Assembly (NCBI RefSeq): GCF_044238155.1
Contig: NZ_JBIIDX010000001.1
Span: 3,810-67,809 of the forward strand
DNA length: 64,000 nt
Source of the DNA: Aestuariivirga sp.
GTDB lineage: Bacteria; Pseudomonadota; Alphaproteobacteria; Rhizobiales; Aestuariivirgaceae
Direction: 5' to 3'
Each line of letters opens with the position of its first letter. Position 1 is the stretch's first letter. The notes beneath the pieces are model-generated. The model did not search any database. It saw only the letters and a program-made list of their open reading frames with translations, and was not told where the DNA came from. The translations under genes and the position numbers were made by a program. This document shows, piece after piece, positions 20,776-29,729 of this stretch.

Positions 20776-21444
20776 GTGTCGCGCCCGCTTTTGATTGCAC
20801 CCTCGATTCTGGCCGCCGATTTCGCGCGGCTGGGCGAGGAGGTGCGCGCCATCGACGCGGCGGGTGCGGACTGGATCCACATCGACGTGATGGACGGGCA
20901 CTTCGTGCCCAACATCTCCTTCGGCCTGCCGGTGATCGACTCGATCCGCCAGGCGACGAAGAAAACCTTCGACGTACATCTGATGATCGCGCCGGCAGAC
21001 CGCTATCTCGAGGCCTTTGCGCGCGCAGGCGCGGACGTGCTGACCGTGCACGCCGAGGCGGGCATGCATCTTGACCGCTCGCTGCAGGCAATCCGTGCGA
21101 TGGGCAAGAAGGCCGGTGTGGCGCTCAACCCGGCAACACCGGTTTCTGTGCTGCAGCATGTGCTCGACCGGCTCGACCTGATCCTTGTCATGACGGTGAA
21201 TCCGGGCTTTGGAGGCCAGGCCTTCATTCCGGCGATGCTGGAAAAGATCGCCGAAGTGCGGGACATGGTTCGTGGACGGAACATCGACATCGAGGTGGAT
21301 GGCGGCATAACGGCTGCCAATGCGGCAGATGTGGCGCGGGCCGGCGCCAATGTCCTTGTGGCGGGCTCGGCAGTGTTCCGGGCGCCGGATTATGCCGCGG
21401 AAATCCGCGCCATCCGCACGGCGGCGTCAAGCCTCGCCATCTGA
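20776..21444 (+). CDS. rpe: ribulose-phosphate 3-epimerase
   Basis: 222 aa from GTG. Motifs [12 protein letters not shown] and VNPGFGGQ. Confidence 0.9.
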   Translation: MSRPLLIAPSILAADFARLGEEVRAIDAAGADWIHIDVMDGHFVPNISFGLPVIDSIRQATKKTFDVHLMIAPADRYLEAFARAGADVLTVHAEAGMHLDRSLQAIRAMGKKAGVALNPATPVSVLQHVLDRLDLILVMTVNPGFGGQAFIPAMLEKIAEVRDMVRGRNIDIEVDGGITAANAADVARAGANVLVAGSAVFRAPDYAAEIRAIRTAASSLAI

Positions 21445-21468
21445 CGCCGGGTTGTTGATCTTCCCGCT

Positions 21469-22017
21469 TCAGGGGCGCTTCTCGACCCACTCGATGAAGG
21501 CCTCGAGCCATTTCGCCACATAGCGCCACGTCTCCTCATCGGTGAGCGTTCCATCGGCGTTGAATTTCACTTCATTGTTGGTGATGAACACCTCCGGCCG
21601 CGGCATAACGATTGCCTGCAGCGCCTGCAGGTTCTGGCGGAGGTGATACTGGGCGCGCGCTGTTCCTGCGACCTGTCCGCCGCCTGCGCCCACCACTCCC
21701 ACCCGCTTCCAGCGGAACGGCGAGCCGCCGCGTGACAGCCAGTCATTGGCGTTCTTGAGAACGCCCGGCATCGAGAAGTTATACTCCGGGCAGGCAAAGA
21801 TGATGCCGTCAGCTGAGCGTATTCTTGCATCGAGGGCGGCGACCGCGGCGGGCTTTCCGGTGGCGGCTTCGTCATCCTCGTCGAACAGCGGGATGCCATG
21901 CAGGCTTGCCACCTCCATCTGCACATGAGCAGGCGCCATGTCGCGGATGGAGCGCAGGAGGCCCGTGTTGGTGGACGCCTTGCGGAGTGACCCGCTGATG
22001 CCGAGAAGCCTGGTCAT
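21469..22017 (-). CDS. NADPH-dependent FMN reductase family protein
   Basis: ORF 21469..22149 with a preferred ATG at 22017 (MTRLLGISGSLRKASTNTG). ATGA overlap with the photolyase stop. Confidence 0.75.
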   Translation of the reverse strand: MTRLLGISGSLRKASTNTGLLRSIRDMAPAHVQMEVASLHGIPLFDEDDEAATGKPAAVAALDARIRSADGIIFACPEYNFSMPGVLKNANDWLSRGGSPFRWKRVGVVGAGGGQVAGTARAQYHLRQNLQALQAIVMPRPEVFITNNEVKFNADGTLTDEETWRYVAKWLEAFIEWVEKRP

Positions 22018-23441
22018 GCTGCACCTTTCAGCTGCTGGAACGCCGCGAGCGCGGCATCGCGGGCCTTGCCGTGGTCTACCATCGGATGCGGATAGTTGCG
22101 TCCCGGCGCGACGCCAGCCTCTGCCAGAACGAGTTGCGGCGCCTCCCACGGGCGATGGATGAATTCATTGGGCAGGCGGGCCAGTTCCGGCACCCATTTG
22201 CGCACATAGCTGCCGTCGGGGTCGAACTTCTCGCCCTGAAGTACTGGGTTGAAGATGCGGAAATAGGGCGCGGCATCGGCTCCACATCCGGCCACCCACT
22301 GCCAGCTGGCGGAGTTGCTGCCGATGTCGGCATCGACCAGCGTGTCCCAGAACCAGCGTTCGCCTGCCTGCCACGGAATGAGCAGGTCCTTGATGAGGAA
22401 GGAGGCTGCGATCATGCGCACCCGGTTGTGCATGATGCCGGTGGCCCATAATTCGCGCATGCCGGCATCGACGATCGGGTAACCTGTCTGCCCGCGCTGC
22501 CAGGTTCTGAGGGCCGCCTCGTCACTGCGCCAGGGGAAGCCGTTGAACTCTGGCCGGAAGGGTTCGACAGGCAACTGCGGCCAGTGGTGCAGCAGATGAT
22601 AGGAGAACTCGCGCCACAGTACTTCCTTGAGGAATTTCTCGGCCGGTTTGTCGAGTTTGCCGGAGGCCGCAAGCTGCGCCCGCCGCACCGCGTGCCAGCA
22701 CTGGGCAGGGCTGATCTCGCCGAAATGCAGATGCGGCGAGAGTCCGGAGGTCACTTCGCGGTCTGGCCGGTCGCGCGCCTCGGCGTAATCGGCAAGCCCG
22801 CTGCGGATGAACCGCTTGAGGCGTGCTGCCGCGCCTGCCTCACCCGGCGTCCAGACCGCAGCAAAGCCGCTGGCCCAGTCGGGGCGGGATGGATAAAGCT
22901 CCCAGTCTTCCAGACGGTCGGTCTTGATGTTGCCCGTCCAGGCGGTGAGACGTGGGGCAGGCTTCAACGGCTTCGGCTCGCCCGTGGCAAAGCAGGCCTT
23001 GGAGAACGGGGTGTAGACGCGATAGGGCTCGCCGGATCCGTTGCGGATCGACTCCGGCTCATGCAGCAGGAAGCCGCCATAGCGGTGGCAGGCCGCACCT
23101 GCGGCCTCGGCGGCTGCCTTCACGCGGCGCTCCAGCGGACCCGCCCACGGCGCATAATCGCGCGTGAAATGGACCGACGACGCGCCGGTCTCGGCCAGCA
23201 CCTCGGCGATCACCTTGTCAGCCGGGCCACGCCGCAGCACCAGCGGCACCTCGGCGGCCAGGCGCATCAGGCTGTGATGCAGCCACCAGCGCGATGCGCC
23301 TCCAGCCTGCCAGTCCCCGGGCGTCGTGTCATCCAGCACATAGAGCAGCACCACGGGCCCCGCCGCTGCGGCAGCGGTGAGCGCGGCGTTGTCGGTGAGG
23401 CGCAGGTCCTGGCGCAGCCAGCAAAGGGCGGGTGAAGTCAT
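22014..23441 (-). CDS. phrB: deoxyribodipyrimidine photolyase
   Basis: ORF 22014..23462 with a preferred ATG at 23441 (MTSPALCWLRQDLRLTDN). C-terminal FAD-binding segment DADIGSNSASWQWVAGCGADAAPYFRIFNP. Confidence 0.9.
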   Translation of the reverse strand: MTSPALCWLRQDLRLTDNAALTAAAAAGPVVLLYVLDDTTPGDWQAGGASRWWLHHSLMRLAAEVPLVLRRGPADKVIAEVLAETGASSVHFTRDYAPWAGPLERRVKAAAEAAGAACHRYGGFLLHEPESIRNGSGEPYRVYTPFSKACFATGEPKPLKPAPRLTAWTGNIKTDRLEDWELYPSRPDWASGFAAVWTPGEAGAAARLKRFIRSGLADYAEARDRPDREVTSGLSPHLHFGEISPAQCWHAVRRAQLAASGKLDKPAEKFLKEVLWREFSYHLLHHWPQLPVEPFRPEFNGFPWRSDEAALRTWQRGQTGYPIVDAGMRELWATGIMHNRVRMIAASFLIKDLLIPWQAGERWFWDTLVDADIGSNSASWQWVAGCGADAAPYFRIFNPVLQGEKFDPDGSYVRKWVPELARLPNEFIHRPWEAPQLVLAEAGVAPGRNYPHPMVDHGKARDAALAAFQQLKGAA

Positions 23442-23493
23442 GTGCTGGTTACGTGCGGGCAAGGTGGCGGATCAATTCCTGATCCGGCCCGGC

Positions 23494-24000
23494 TCAACTG
23501 CCTGATCCAGCCTGACGCACCCGCTTGCGCCACTCCCACGGCATCTCGAAGCTGCCGGCCCAGATGCCGCGGCGGTTTGTCTTTGCCTCTGCCTCTGCTC
23601 CCGCATAGGCCAGGCTGTAGCGCCGGTAGGCAACGGCCCAGCCCTGGCTGACCATCCAGCGGTTGATGTCTTCGGCGCCCTTGAAGCAAACGGCCAGAAG
23701 GCGGCCATAGCGGTCGCGCCCGTCGCTGCGGCAAAGGATCGGGGCGGTGCCAATGTGCCCGGCCAGCGCAAACGCAGACTGCCTGCCACAGGCCCAGATG
23801 CCCCCGCCAAGCATGCAGCGCTGCTGGCTCTCGATCGCGTCTATGCCGGTCAGGCGGATGCGTTGCCCGTGGATCTCGATGGTATCGCCGTCCATCACGC
23901 TGGCACGGCCCGTGATGTGTCCGGTCTCGGCGGCGGCGCTGCCCGCCGGCACCGCCATCACCAGCATCAGGGCCGGAAACATCCATCGGAGCAGGGGCAT
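23494..24000 (-). CDS. secreted thermonuclease (staphylococcal nuclease-like)
   Basis: ORF 23494..24033 with a preferred ATG at 24000, which gives the signal peptide MPLLRWMFPALMLVMAVPAGSAAA. SNase-like segments DGDTIEI...IRLTGIDAIE...RYGRLLA. Confidence 0.75.
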   Translation of the reverse strand: MPLLRWMFPALMLVMAVPAGSAAAETGHITGRASVMDGDTIEIHGQRIRLTGIDAIESQQRCMLGGGIWACGRQSAFALAGHIGTAPILCRSDGRDRYGRLLAVCFKGAEDINRWMVSQGWAVAYRRYSLAYAGAEAEAKTNRRGIWAGSFEMPWEWRKRVRQAGSGS

Positions 24001-24140
24001 GGCCGGTCGTCCCGTTTGTCGTGTCACGATCAACGGTCCGGTCTTGCCCGCGGCCCGTTAACAGGGCGTTAACGGCTCGTGCCAGCAGGAGACGCAGCTT
24101 GACTTGCACCGGAGCGCGGCCCTATATGCGCGCCAACTCC

Positions 24141-24217
24141 GGCGGGGTAGCTCAGTTGGTTAGAGCACGGGAATCATAATCCTGGGGTCGGGGGTTCAAC
24201 TCCCTCCCCCGCTACCA
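24141..24217 (+). tRNA. tRNA with CAU anticodon (elongator tRNA-Met type; tRNA-Ile2/lysidine not excluded)
   Basis: GGCGGGGTAGCTCAGTTGGTTAGAGCACGGGAATCATAATCCTGGGGTCGGGGGTTCAACTCCCTCCCCCGCTACCA. The cloverleaf folds by hand. The anticodon stem is CGGGA/UCCUG with loop AUCAUAA, and CCA is encoded. Confidence 0.9.
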
Positions 24218-24815
24218 CCTCAAGTAATCAGTCTCTTCGTTGCCGGCCCGGGTTCCTGACCCGCGTGCCGACGTGGCCGTGCCACTTGCCGGAGCCGTCA
24301 GTTTGACTGAGGGTATGCGTCTGTGAGGCTGGGAAATTTTTCCAAGCTCACGGCGAGCGACCAGATCCTGATGTCCTGGCCGATGGTGACGTTGGGCGGA
24401 GTGGGGCGCGCCCAATTGATTTTGCCCGTCGTCTCATTCGAGGCGGCCACATCCTTGAGCTGGGCGCAGTTGATCTCATTATCGGAACAGACAGCTGTTC
24501 CTTAGACGAGGCGCTCCGACTGCAGTTGCCTTATCGTCCGTGCGCCGGAAATTGGAAAGACCGCGTTGTGTCTGAGAGCGGAGACGATGTCGATGCGATG
24601 AGCCCTGATGGACCAGGGGTTTCTTTGGCCTGCCCTGGCCATGTCTCGACCAGTCAATGGTCTCGATGTTCAATCATTGATGGAATAATGACATCGTCTT
24701 GCCGTTTCAGCTGCCAGTCTGGCGGATGTTGGAAGAACTTTAGGCTGATACGCTCTGGTTTCCACATACGTCCCGGTACAAGACTGATCTCGGGACCGCT
24801 AATGTGTTGTAACGA

Positions 24816-24968
24816 TCAGTCGATTCCCGTAACAGTTCCCAAGTCAAATACAGGAGAGCCTAAGATGAACAGTGAATTGCCGTTTGGACCGCCGCCACCA
24901 CCATCAGGTTTACCTTCAATACTCTGAGCTAAATACTCAGGTTGCATCTCTGCAGCTGATCGCTCCAT
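24816..24968 (-). CDS. candidate 50-aa small ORF immediately downstream of the ATP-grasp-like gene
   Basis: Own translation: MERSAAEMQPEYLAQSIEGKPDGGGGGPNGNSLFILGSPVFDLGTVTGID. The ATG lies 6 nt after the upstream TGA. No Shine-Dalgarno is visible. At under 60 aa it is not in the track. Confidence 0.2.
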   Translation of the reverse strand: MERSAAEMQPEYLAQSIEGKPDGGGGGPNGNSLFILGSPVFDLGTVTGID

Positions 24969-24974
24969 GAATCA

Positions 24975-25940
24975 TCAGACGCGTGGAGCGATCATGCTGC
25001 CCGGTTCGGTGCTCCGGCAATAGTCGATGAAGGTGTCACTGGGAATATCGACCAAACCGCGAGTTCCGGTGTCTATCTTGAACAAGGCTGCGGCCAGGCG
25101 TTCGCGCGCCATGGTCTGGCTCTCTCGGCGCAGCAGATGCGGATCGGGTTTTAGATCGTGAACATAGGGGTTGGTGTTTATTTCAAACATCACTGGCTTG
25201 TGGCCGGATCTTGAAAAATCGGCCCTTCCAAATTCGATTTCCGCAATCTTGAAGGTCTCTGCGACAAAGTCTGCGTGCCAGTTTTCACGGACCGCCACGT
25301 TTTCGAGTTCCACAATGCCAGGCGTCAGCTGCTCCCAGCGGCCCCATTTGACCAGCCAGTTGTCATCCACGGCAATGTGATCAAGCATCACCTCCTCCGC
25401 CACCGCAAAGGCGCCCCACTTGAACCAGCGCCCTTCGATCTGATCCGTTGGACAGCACTCGACGGCGAGCATGCCGGTTGCCGAATGACCTGCCTGCCTG
25501 AACGTCTCGATTGCCGTGTCGAGCGCCGCCTGATCCGGAATGAGCTCCGGATACATTGCATGGCCGCTCTCGAAACGCAGGAACACCGGGAAGCGATCGG
25601 GGCGGGGCCGGTCATCGCAGCGATAGACAGAGAACGGATTGAGGCCACGCAGGGCCAGTTCGCGCAACAGTTCATAGCGCAGCTTCACGCGCGCGGGGTT
25701 ATTGAGCGTCCTCATGCCGGTTCCGGCGATTGCGCGTTGCAGCGATCCCGCAATGCGCAGCTCGAACGCAGACAGCCGCTCAAGGTCGCAGAATACATAG
25801 GTGGCCTCAGGAAGCCGGGTCTGCCGCAGCACGGCCTCGTAACTCTCTACCCTGATCTCCGGCAGGCTCGCGCCAAATCCCGGCCCGGTAAAGCTGCCGA
25901 GCGGTTTCATGCAAGCTGCAGTCGTGAGAAAGACGATCAT
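24975..25940 (-). CDS. ATP-grasp-like protein, function unknown
   Basis: 321 aa. The C-terminal FEINTNP fits the ATP-grasp E-x-N Mg-binding motif. NNPARVKLRYELLRELALRGLNPFSVY followed by PVFLRFESGH fits the central-domain layout. Confidence 0.5.
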   Translation of the reverse strand: MIVFLTTAACMKPLGSFTGPGFGASLPEIRVESYEAVLRQTRLPEATYVFCDLERLSAFELRIAGSLQRAIAGTGMRTLNNPARVKLRYELLRELALRGLNPFSVYRCDDRPRPDRFPVFLRFESGHAMYPELIPDQAALDTAIETFRQAGHSATGMLAVECCPTDQIEGRWFKWGAFAVAEEVMLDHIAVDDNWLVKWGRWEQLTPGIVELENVAVRENWHADFVAETFKIAEIEFGRADFSRSGHKPVMFEINTNPYVHDLKPDPHLLRRESQTMARERLAAALFKIDTGTRGLVDIPSDTFIDYCRSTEPGSMIAPRV

Positions 25941-26033
25941 GAAGGAAAAAGGCCCTCAGAAATTCTGATACGGCAACAATCAGACTTGTTCTATGATGCA
26001 GCCAAATAGGCAAGTAAAGCGAGAAACCGCGGT

Positions 26034-26762
26034 ATGATTTTCTATCGAATTCACGACAGGTGCGTGAAAGTCAGGCCGGGTGCTACGGCACGCGACTGGA
26101 TGGATTCAACCAACCAGTCATTTGCCTATCGCTGCCTGCCTCTGCTTATTGCCAATGCATGCGGCTGGGAGTTGCTGCTGCCCTGCGACGTGGAGGCCGA
26201 ATGGAACGGCGGCCCTGCGCTGTCCGACATCACGGTGACTGTGAACAACGATGATTTTGGCAATGGTCGCATGGCCTCGTCGCATTTCGGCCATGGCATC
26301 CTCACATTCAATACGGGTTTCGTCATTCGCACGGATGTGGGGGTAGCAACCCTCGTGCGTGGAGCGCCCAACCTGCCGAAGGCAGGCATTGCCCCACTCG
26401 AAGGCATCGTCGAAACCGATTGGCTGAATTTCAGCTTCACAATGAACTGGATTTTCACCGCGCCCGGGAAAGTCAGCTTTCGCGCTGGAGAGCCTTTCTG
26501 CTTTCTGATGCCTGTCAGCATCGCTGCGGTGGAAGCAGTTGAACCACAGATACGACCGATCGACGAGGCGCCGGAGATTGCGGCGGGGTACCGCGAATGG
26601 GCAGAGCTGCGCAACGACTTCAACAAGCGTCTGGCCGCCAATGATCCGGATGCTGTGAAGAACCGCTGGCAGAAGTGGTATACGCGGGGAGTGCAGCCAA
26701 ATGGTGAGGCAGCACCCACCAGGCATCGAAGCAAACTCAACGTCCGGCCCCCTCGGGTCTAA
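26034..26762 (+). CDS. conserved hypothetical protein (possibly DUF6065-type)
   Basis: 242 aa. The segment FAYRCLPLLIANACGWELL resembles what I recall of DUF6065 proteins (unverified). It is transcribed divergently from the ATP-grasp-like gene. Confidence 0.5.
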   Translation: MIFYRIHDRCVKVRPGATARDWMDSTNQSFAYRCLPLLIANACGWELLLPCDVEAEWNGGPALSDITVTVNNDDFGNGRMASSHFGHGILTFNTGFVIRTDVGVATLVRGAPNLPKAGIAPLEGIVETDWLNFSFTMNWIFTAPGKVSFRAGEPFCFLMPVSIAAVEAVEPQIRPIDEAPEIAAGYREWAELRNDFNKRLAANDPDAVKNRWQKWYTRGVQPNGEAAPTRHRSKLNVRPPRV

Positions 26763-26999
26763 AGGCGCGCGGGCGTCGGCTAAATCAATCTGTGAAGGAA
26801 ATGGCAATTTGCCCGGGCGATTGATAGCAATGGATCCACGACAGCGGTCGTGCGTTTCACGCCCGCTTCATCCTCTGTGCGCACTTTCTGACTGCGGCAT
26901 GTTTCTCGACATGGGATCAAGTGCTATGAATCCGGGCGCATGAACACCCAAACCCGAGCGCCCAGCGCGGACCGATCATAATTGTATGAGCTCCGAGCC

Positions 27000-27776
27000 A
27001 TGAGACACATCAGTTTTTGTCAGACCTGCCGGAACAGGCTCTGGCAGCTAGAGCAAACACTCAGTGTCAATATCGACGCTCTGGGTGATGATTGTGAGCT
27101 TGTCCTGGTGGATTATGGTTCAACCGATGGGCTGGCGGGCTGGATCTGGAAGAATTTTGCCAAATTCATTGCAAACGGCCAGATGCTGTTTTTCGAGGTT
27201 GCCGGCGATGTTGGGTGGAGCGCACCACGGGCCAAGAATCTTGCCCATCGTCTCAGCCGCGGCGACTACGTCTTCAATTTGGATGCAGACAATTTCGTCA
27301 CGCAAGCGGACATTCAGTCCATAGGCGAGGCGCGTCGCCTGCAGCAGGCGGCTCATCAGTGGACCGGTAGCTGGAAAGATGGCTCCTACGGCCGGATTGG
27401 CATGCCTCGTGATCTCTTCTTTCGGCTCGGTGGATATGACGAGACCATGCTGCCAATGGGGGCTCAGGACATGGATATCCTCAAGCGTGTTGTCGCGCTG
27501 GGTCAAGACTTACGGAGGCTGCCCACCCCAGGCCGCAATGCCTTGCTGAACTCGTTCATGGACAAGGTTGCAAATGTCTTCGCAGCAACGGAGGATGAGG
27601 CCACAGCCGAAGAGAGGTGGAACACCATGGAGACGATCAACCAGCATCTCTCGGAAATGCGCATGTTCATCGAGGGACCCTGCCGCCGCGGCGGATATCA
27701 GACCTTCAAGGGGCGGCTCAATGGCGCAGACGTCATCATTGATGGCTTGAACGGGCGTCATCACATCCGGGCGTAA
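27000..27776 (+). CDS. GT-A fold, glycosyltransferase family 2-like protein
   Basis: ORF 26982..27776 (TTG start). I prefer the ATG at 27000. Motifs ELVLVDYGSTDGL and a DxD-type NLDADNF. Confidence 0.55.
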   Translation: MRHISFCQTCRNRLWQLEQTLSVNIDALGDDCELVLVDYGSTDGLAGWIWKNFAKFIANGQMLFFEVAGDVGWSAPRAKNLAHRLSRGDYVFNLDADNFVTQADIQSIGEARRLQQAAHQWTGSWKDGSYGRIGMPRDLFFRLGGYDETMLPMGAQDMDILKRVVALGQDLRRLPTPGRNALLNSFMDKVANVFAATEDEATAEERWNTMETINQHLSEMRMFIEGPCRRGGYQTFKGRLNGADVIIDGLNGRHHIRA

Positions 27777-27992
27777 GTCCTGAGGCAGCACTGCCTGGCC
27801 TGTGGTCAGGGGCTTTCACAAGGTCATTGCGTTCAGTCCTCCACCCGTCCGGACACGAGCTGCGTCTTGCCGTGTGCTTGAACGTCCGGCACTGACAAGC
27901 TAGATCAAAACATTACAGGAAGAACTTCAGGCCAGCACTTTCCGCATCCGAGTGATCCCGAAGACGGTTCTAGTGCTTACCGACAATGGAGC

Positions 27993-28871
27993 GTGATAGT
28001 GGACACTCAAGTTATTCAGTGGAACGAGCCAAACCGGGCCAATACGCCGCCTTTGCACATCGCATCACGCGGCGATCGTTATTCCACCGTGACGGGCGTG
28101 TGGTGGCTTGACGAGTTTCGTTTCGTTGCCAACCATCGCAGCGGTCTCAGGCTGGCGCTCTTCGACATGCGGGAGGGGCTTGCGCCCGTCACCACCGTTG
28201 CGGTTCCTCATCTATCGGATGACGTTGCTGCCAGGCCACTTGGTGGTGACAGCTGGGAGCTTGCCGTATCTGGTTGCTGGGATGCGTCACATTCGGTCTA
28301 TCGCCTCGACTGCGAGGGCGGATCGAGGTTTTCATTGATTGCCAGTCATCCTGCGCCAAACCGGAGCTTTTGTCATGGCGTCGCCTATGATCAAACCGGT
28401 CGCCTCTGCCTTACCTACCATACCGGTGAAGATCCGCGCATTCTGATCGGCGACCAGCTGACCAGGCTTCCGCCGCCGTGGGGCGCCAGAGATATCTGCC
28501 ACGATCAGGACCAGGACAAATACCATGCCGTCGCCGTGTCCAACAATCCGCAGCGGACTGCCTACCAGAGTACCAGCATGTCTGTCTGGTCGCTCCTGCC
28601 TTCCTCGGGAACCTGGGATCAGACCCTGAACATTGACAATGTCCATTCCGATGCCTGCCAGATGTTCAGGGGACGACTTTGGGTCCCTGACCAGGCTGGT
28701 GACAGGGTCCTTGGACTAGACCTGTCGCAAGACAAGCCGCCAATCGTCATTCAGGGAGACTGCCTCGATTTTCCGCATGGCCTGTCAATCTCCCGGCGCG
28801 GAATGCTGGCCGTCACGAGCTATGGCAGCAGTTCCATCGTCTTGCTCGATGTGAGTTCTGCATCGAACTGA
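27993..28871 (+). CDS. hypothetical protein, beta-rich (possibly propeller-like)
   Basis: 292 aa from GTG. No motif could be assigned. The repetitive beta-strand-like composition and an FPHGLSIS segment are reminiscent of SGL/NHL-type propellers. Confidence 0.4.
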   Translation: MIVDTQVIQWNEPNRANTPPLHIASRGDRYSTVTGVWWLDEFRFVANHRSGLRLALFDMREGLAPVTTVAVPHLSDDVAARPLGGDSWELAVSGCWDASHSVYRLDCEGGSRFSLIASHPAPNRSFCHGVAYDQTGRLCLTYHTGEDPRILIGDQLTRLPPPWGARDICHDQDQDKYHAVAVSNNPQRTAYQSTSMSVWSLLPSSGTWDQTLNIDNVHSDACQMFRGRLWVPDQAGDRVLGLDLSQDKPPIVIQGDCLDFPHGLSISRRGMLAVTSYGSSSIVLLDVSSASN

Positions 28872-29158
28872 GCGTCAGCATTGCGGGCGAGCTTCCGTAA
28901 GGCCTGTGCATCAAAGGCTGCAGATGGCGCCCATTCCGGGTTTTCTGTTGCAGACTGTCGCCTGATGAAACCAATTATTGTCCCTCTAGCTTGCATGAAG
29001 GCGCCAAGCATGGGGTCGGGTAAGGACGGGCGTATGTCAGCCTCAACTTATCTTGCCTTACGTTGAACTGCCAATTGACAAGCAAGCCGAATTGGAGCGG
29101 ATGTGACTGACCGGGCGCGTGAAGGCTTCCGGAGCAGATCAGATGGAGGCAAGTCAGC

Positions 29159-29608
29159 ATGTTTGACAGGCGCAATATGGTTCTCGGCCTGGTGACGGGC
29201 ATGGCGGGTGTCGCGGCAGCAGTTGGTCCGGCGCTGCCGGCGGAGGCTGTTGTTGACGACGATGGGCAGGCGATCCTTGATGCCTGGATCGACGCCCTGT
29301 TCACCGGCGAGGTCGAGCGGGTGGCGCCTCTGCTGGCGCCGGAGCTGCAGGTGCTGCGTGGCGATGGCAAGAGCCATGACAAGGCGTCCTATCTTGCGGC
29401 CCTGCCCAAGTACAAGTCACGGCCGCAGACCAGCGACCTGAAGGCAACGAGCGAGGTGAACAGCCTTGTGATCAGCTACACAATCTCATCCGACCAGACG
29501 ATCGAGGGCCAACCCGTTGCAGCCGTGGCGCCGCGCCTGACGGTGTTCCGTCGCAAGGGCAGTCAGTGGCTGGTGGTCGCGCACTCCAACTTTGCCAAGG
29601 TCGGCTGA
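29159..29608 (+). CDS. exported NTF2-like (DUF4440/SnoaL-like) protein
   Basis: 149 aa. The signal MFDRRNMVLGLVTGMAGVAAAVGPALPAEA has a twin arginine. The body is NTF2-like and ends in WLVVAHSNFA. Confidence 0.55.
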   Translation: MFDRRNMVLGLVTGMAGVAAAVGPALPAEAVVDDDGQAILDAWIDALFTGEVERVAPLLAPELQVLRGDGKSHDKASYLAALPKYKSRPQTSDLKATSEVNSLVISYTISSDQTIEGQPVAAVAPRLTVFRRKGSQWLVVAHSNFAKVG

Positions 29609-29729
29609 CGGAAGCGGCGCGAGGGCGCAAGCAAACTGCGGGACAGGTAGGGAGGGCGGGCTGCCGCCCATCAGGCGGCAGCAACACCTTCAATGCCATC
29701 GCGCGATGTACGGCAGCAGCTCGACGCCG

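Noticed and set aside
19750-21159. 469-aa minus-strand ORF antisense to gap and rpe
   Set aside because: It lies opposite two of the best-supported genes in the window, and no motif is recognisable.
24484-24501. Perfect 7-bp hairpin ggaacag-acag-ctgttcc in the spacer after the tRNA
   Set aside because: No T-run follows on either strand and the stem is short, so it is not called a terminator. The adjacent minus-strand reading (…DNEINCAQLKDVAASNETTGKINWARPTPPNVTIGQDIRIWSLAVSLEKFPSLTDAYPQSN) has no start codon and no recognisable family. It may be a gene remnant, but this cannot be supported.
24865-24927. 20-codon plus-strand ORF MNSELPFGPPPPPSGLPSIL with an AGGAGA Shine-Dalgarno
   Set aside because: It is too short and of too low complexity to call as a feature. 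It is the complement of the Gly-run in the minus-strand 50-codon ORF. It is kept only as the alternative reading in the small-ORF finding.
28820-29011. 63-aa minus-strand ORF in the spacer after the beta-rich gene
   Set aside because: It overlaps the 3' end of the plus-strand gene and has no motif and no SD. It was considered as a possible mobile-element remnant at the block boundary, but nothing in the translation supports that.
24141-29160. Classical tRNA-integrated genomic island with integrase and att repeats
   Set aside because: No tyrosine or serine recombinase-like ORF is present on either strand. I could not find a direct repeat of the tRNA 3' end (ttcaactccctcccccgctacca) at the compositional boundaries by eye. 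Only the weaker statement 'accessory region next to a tRNA' is reported.
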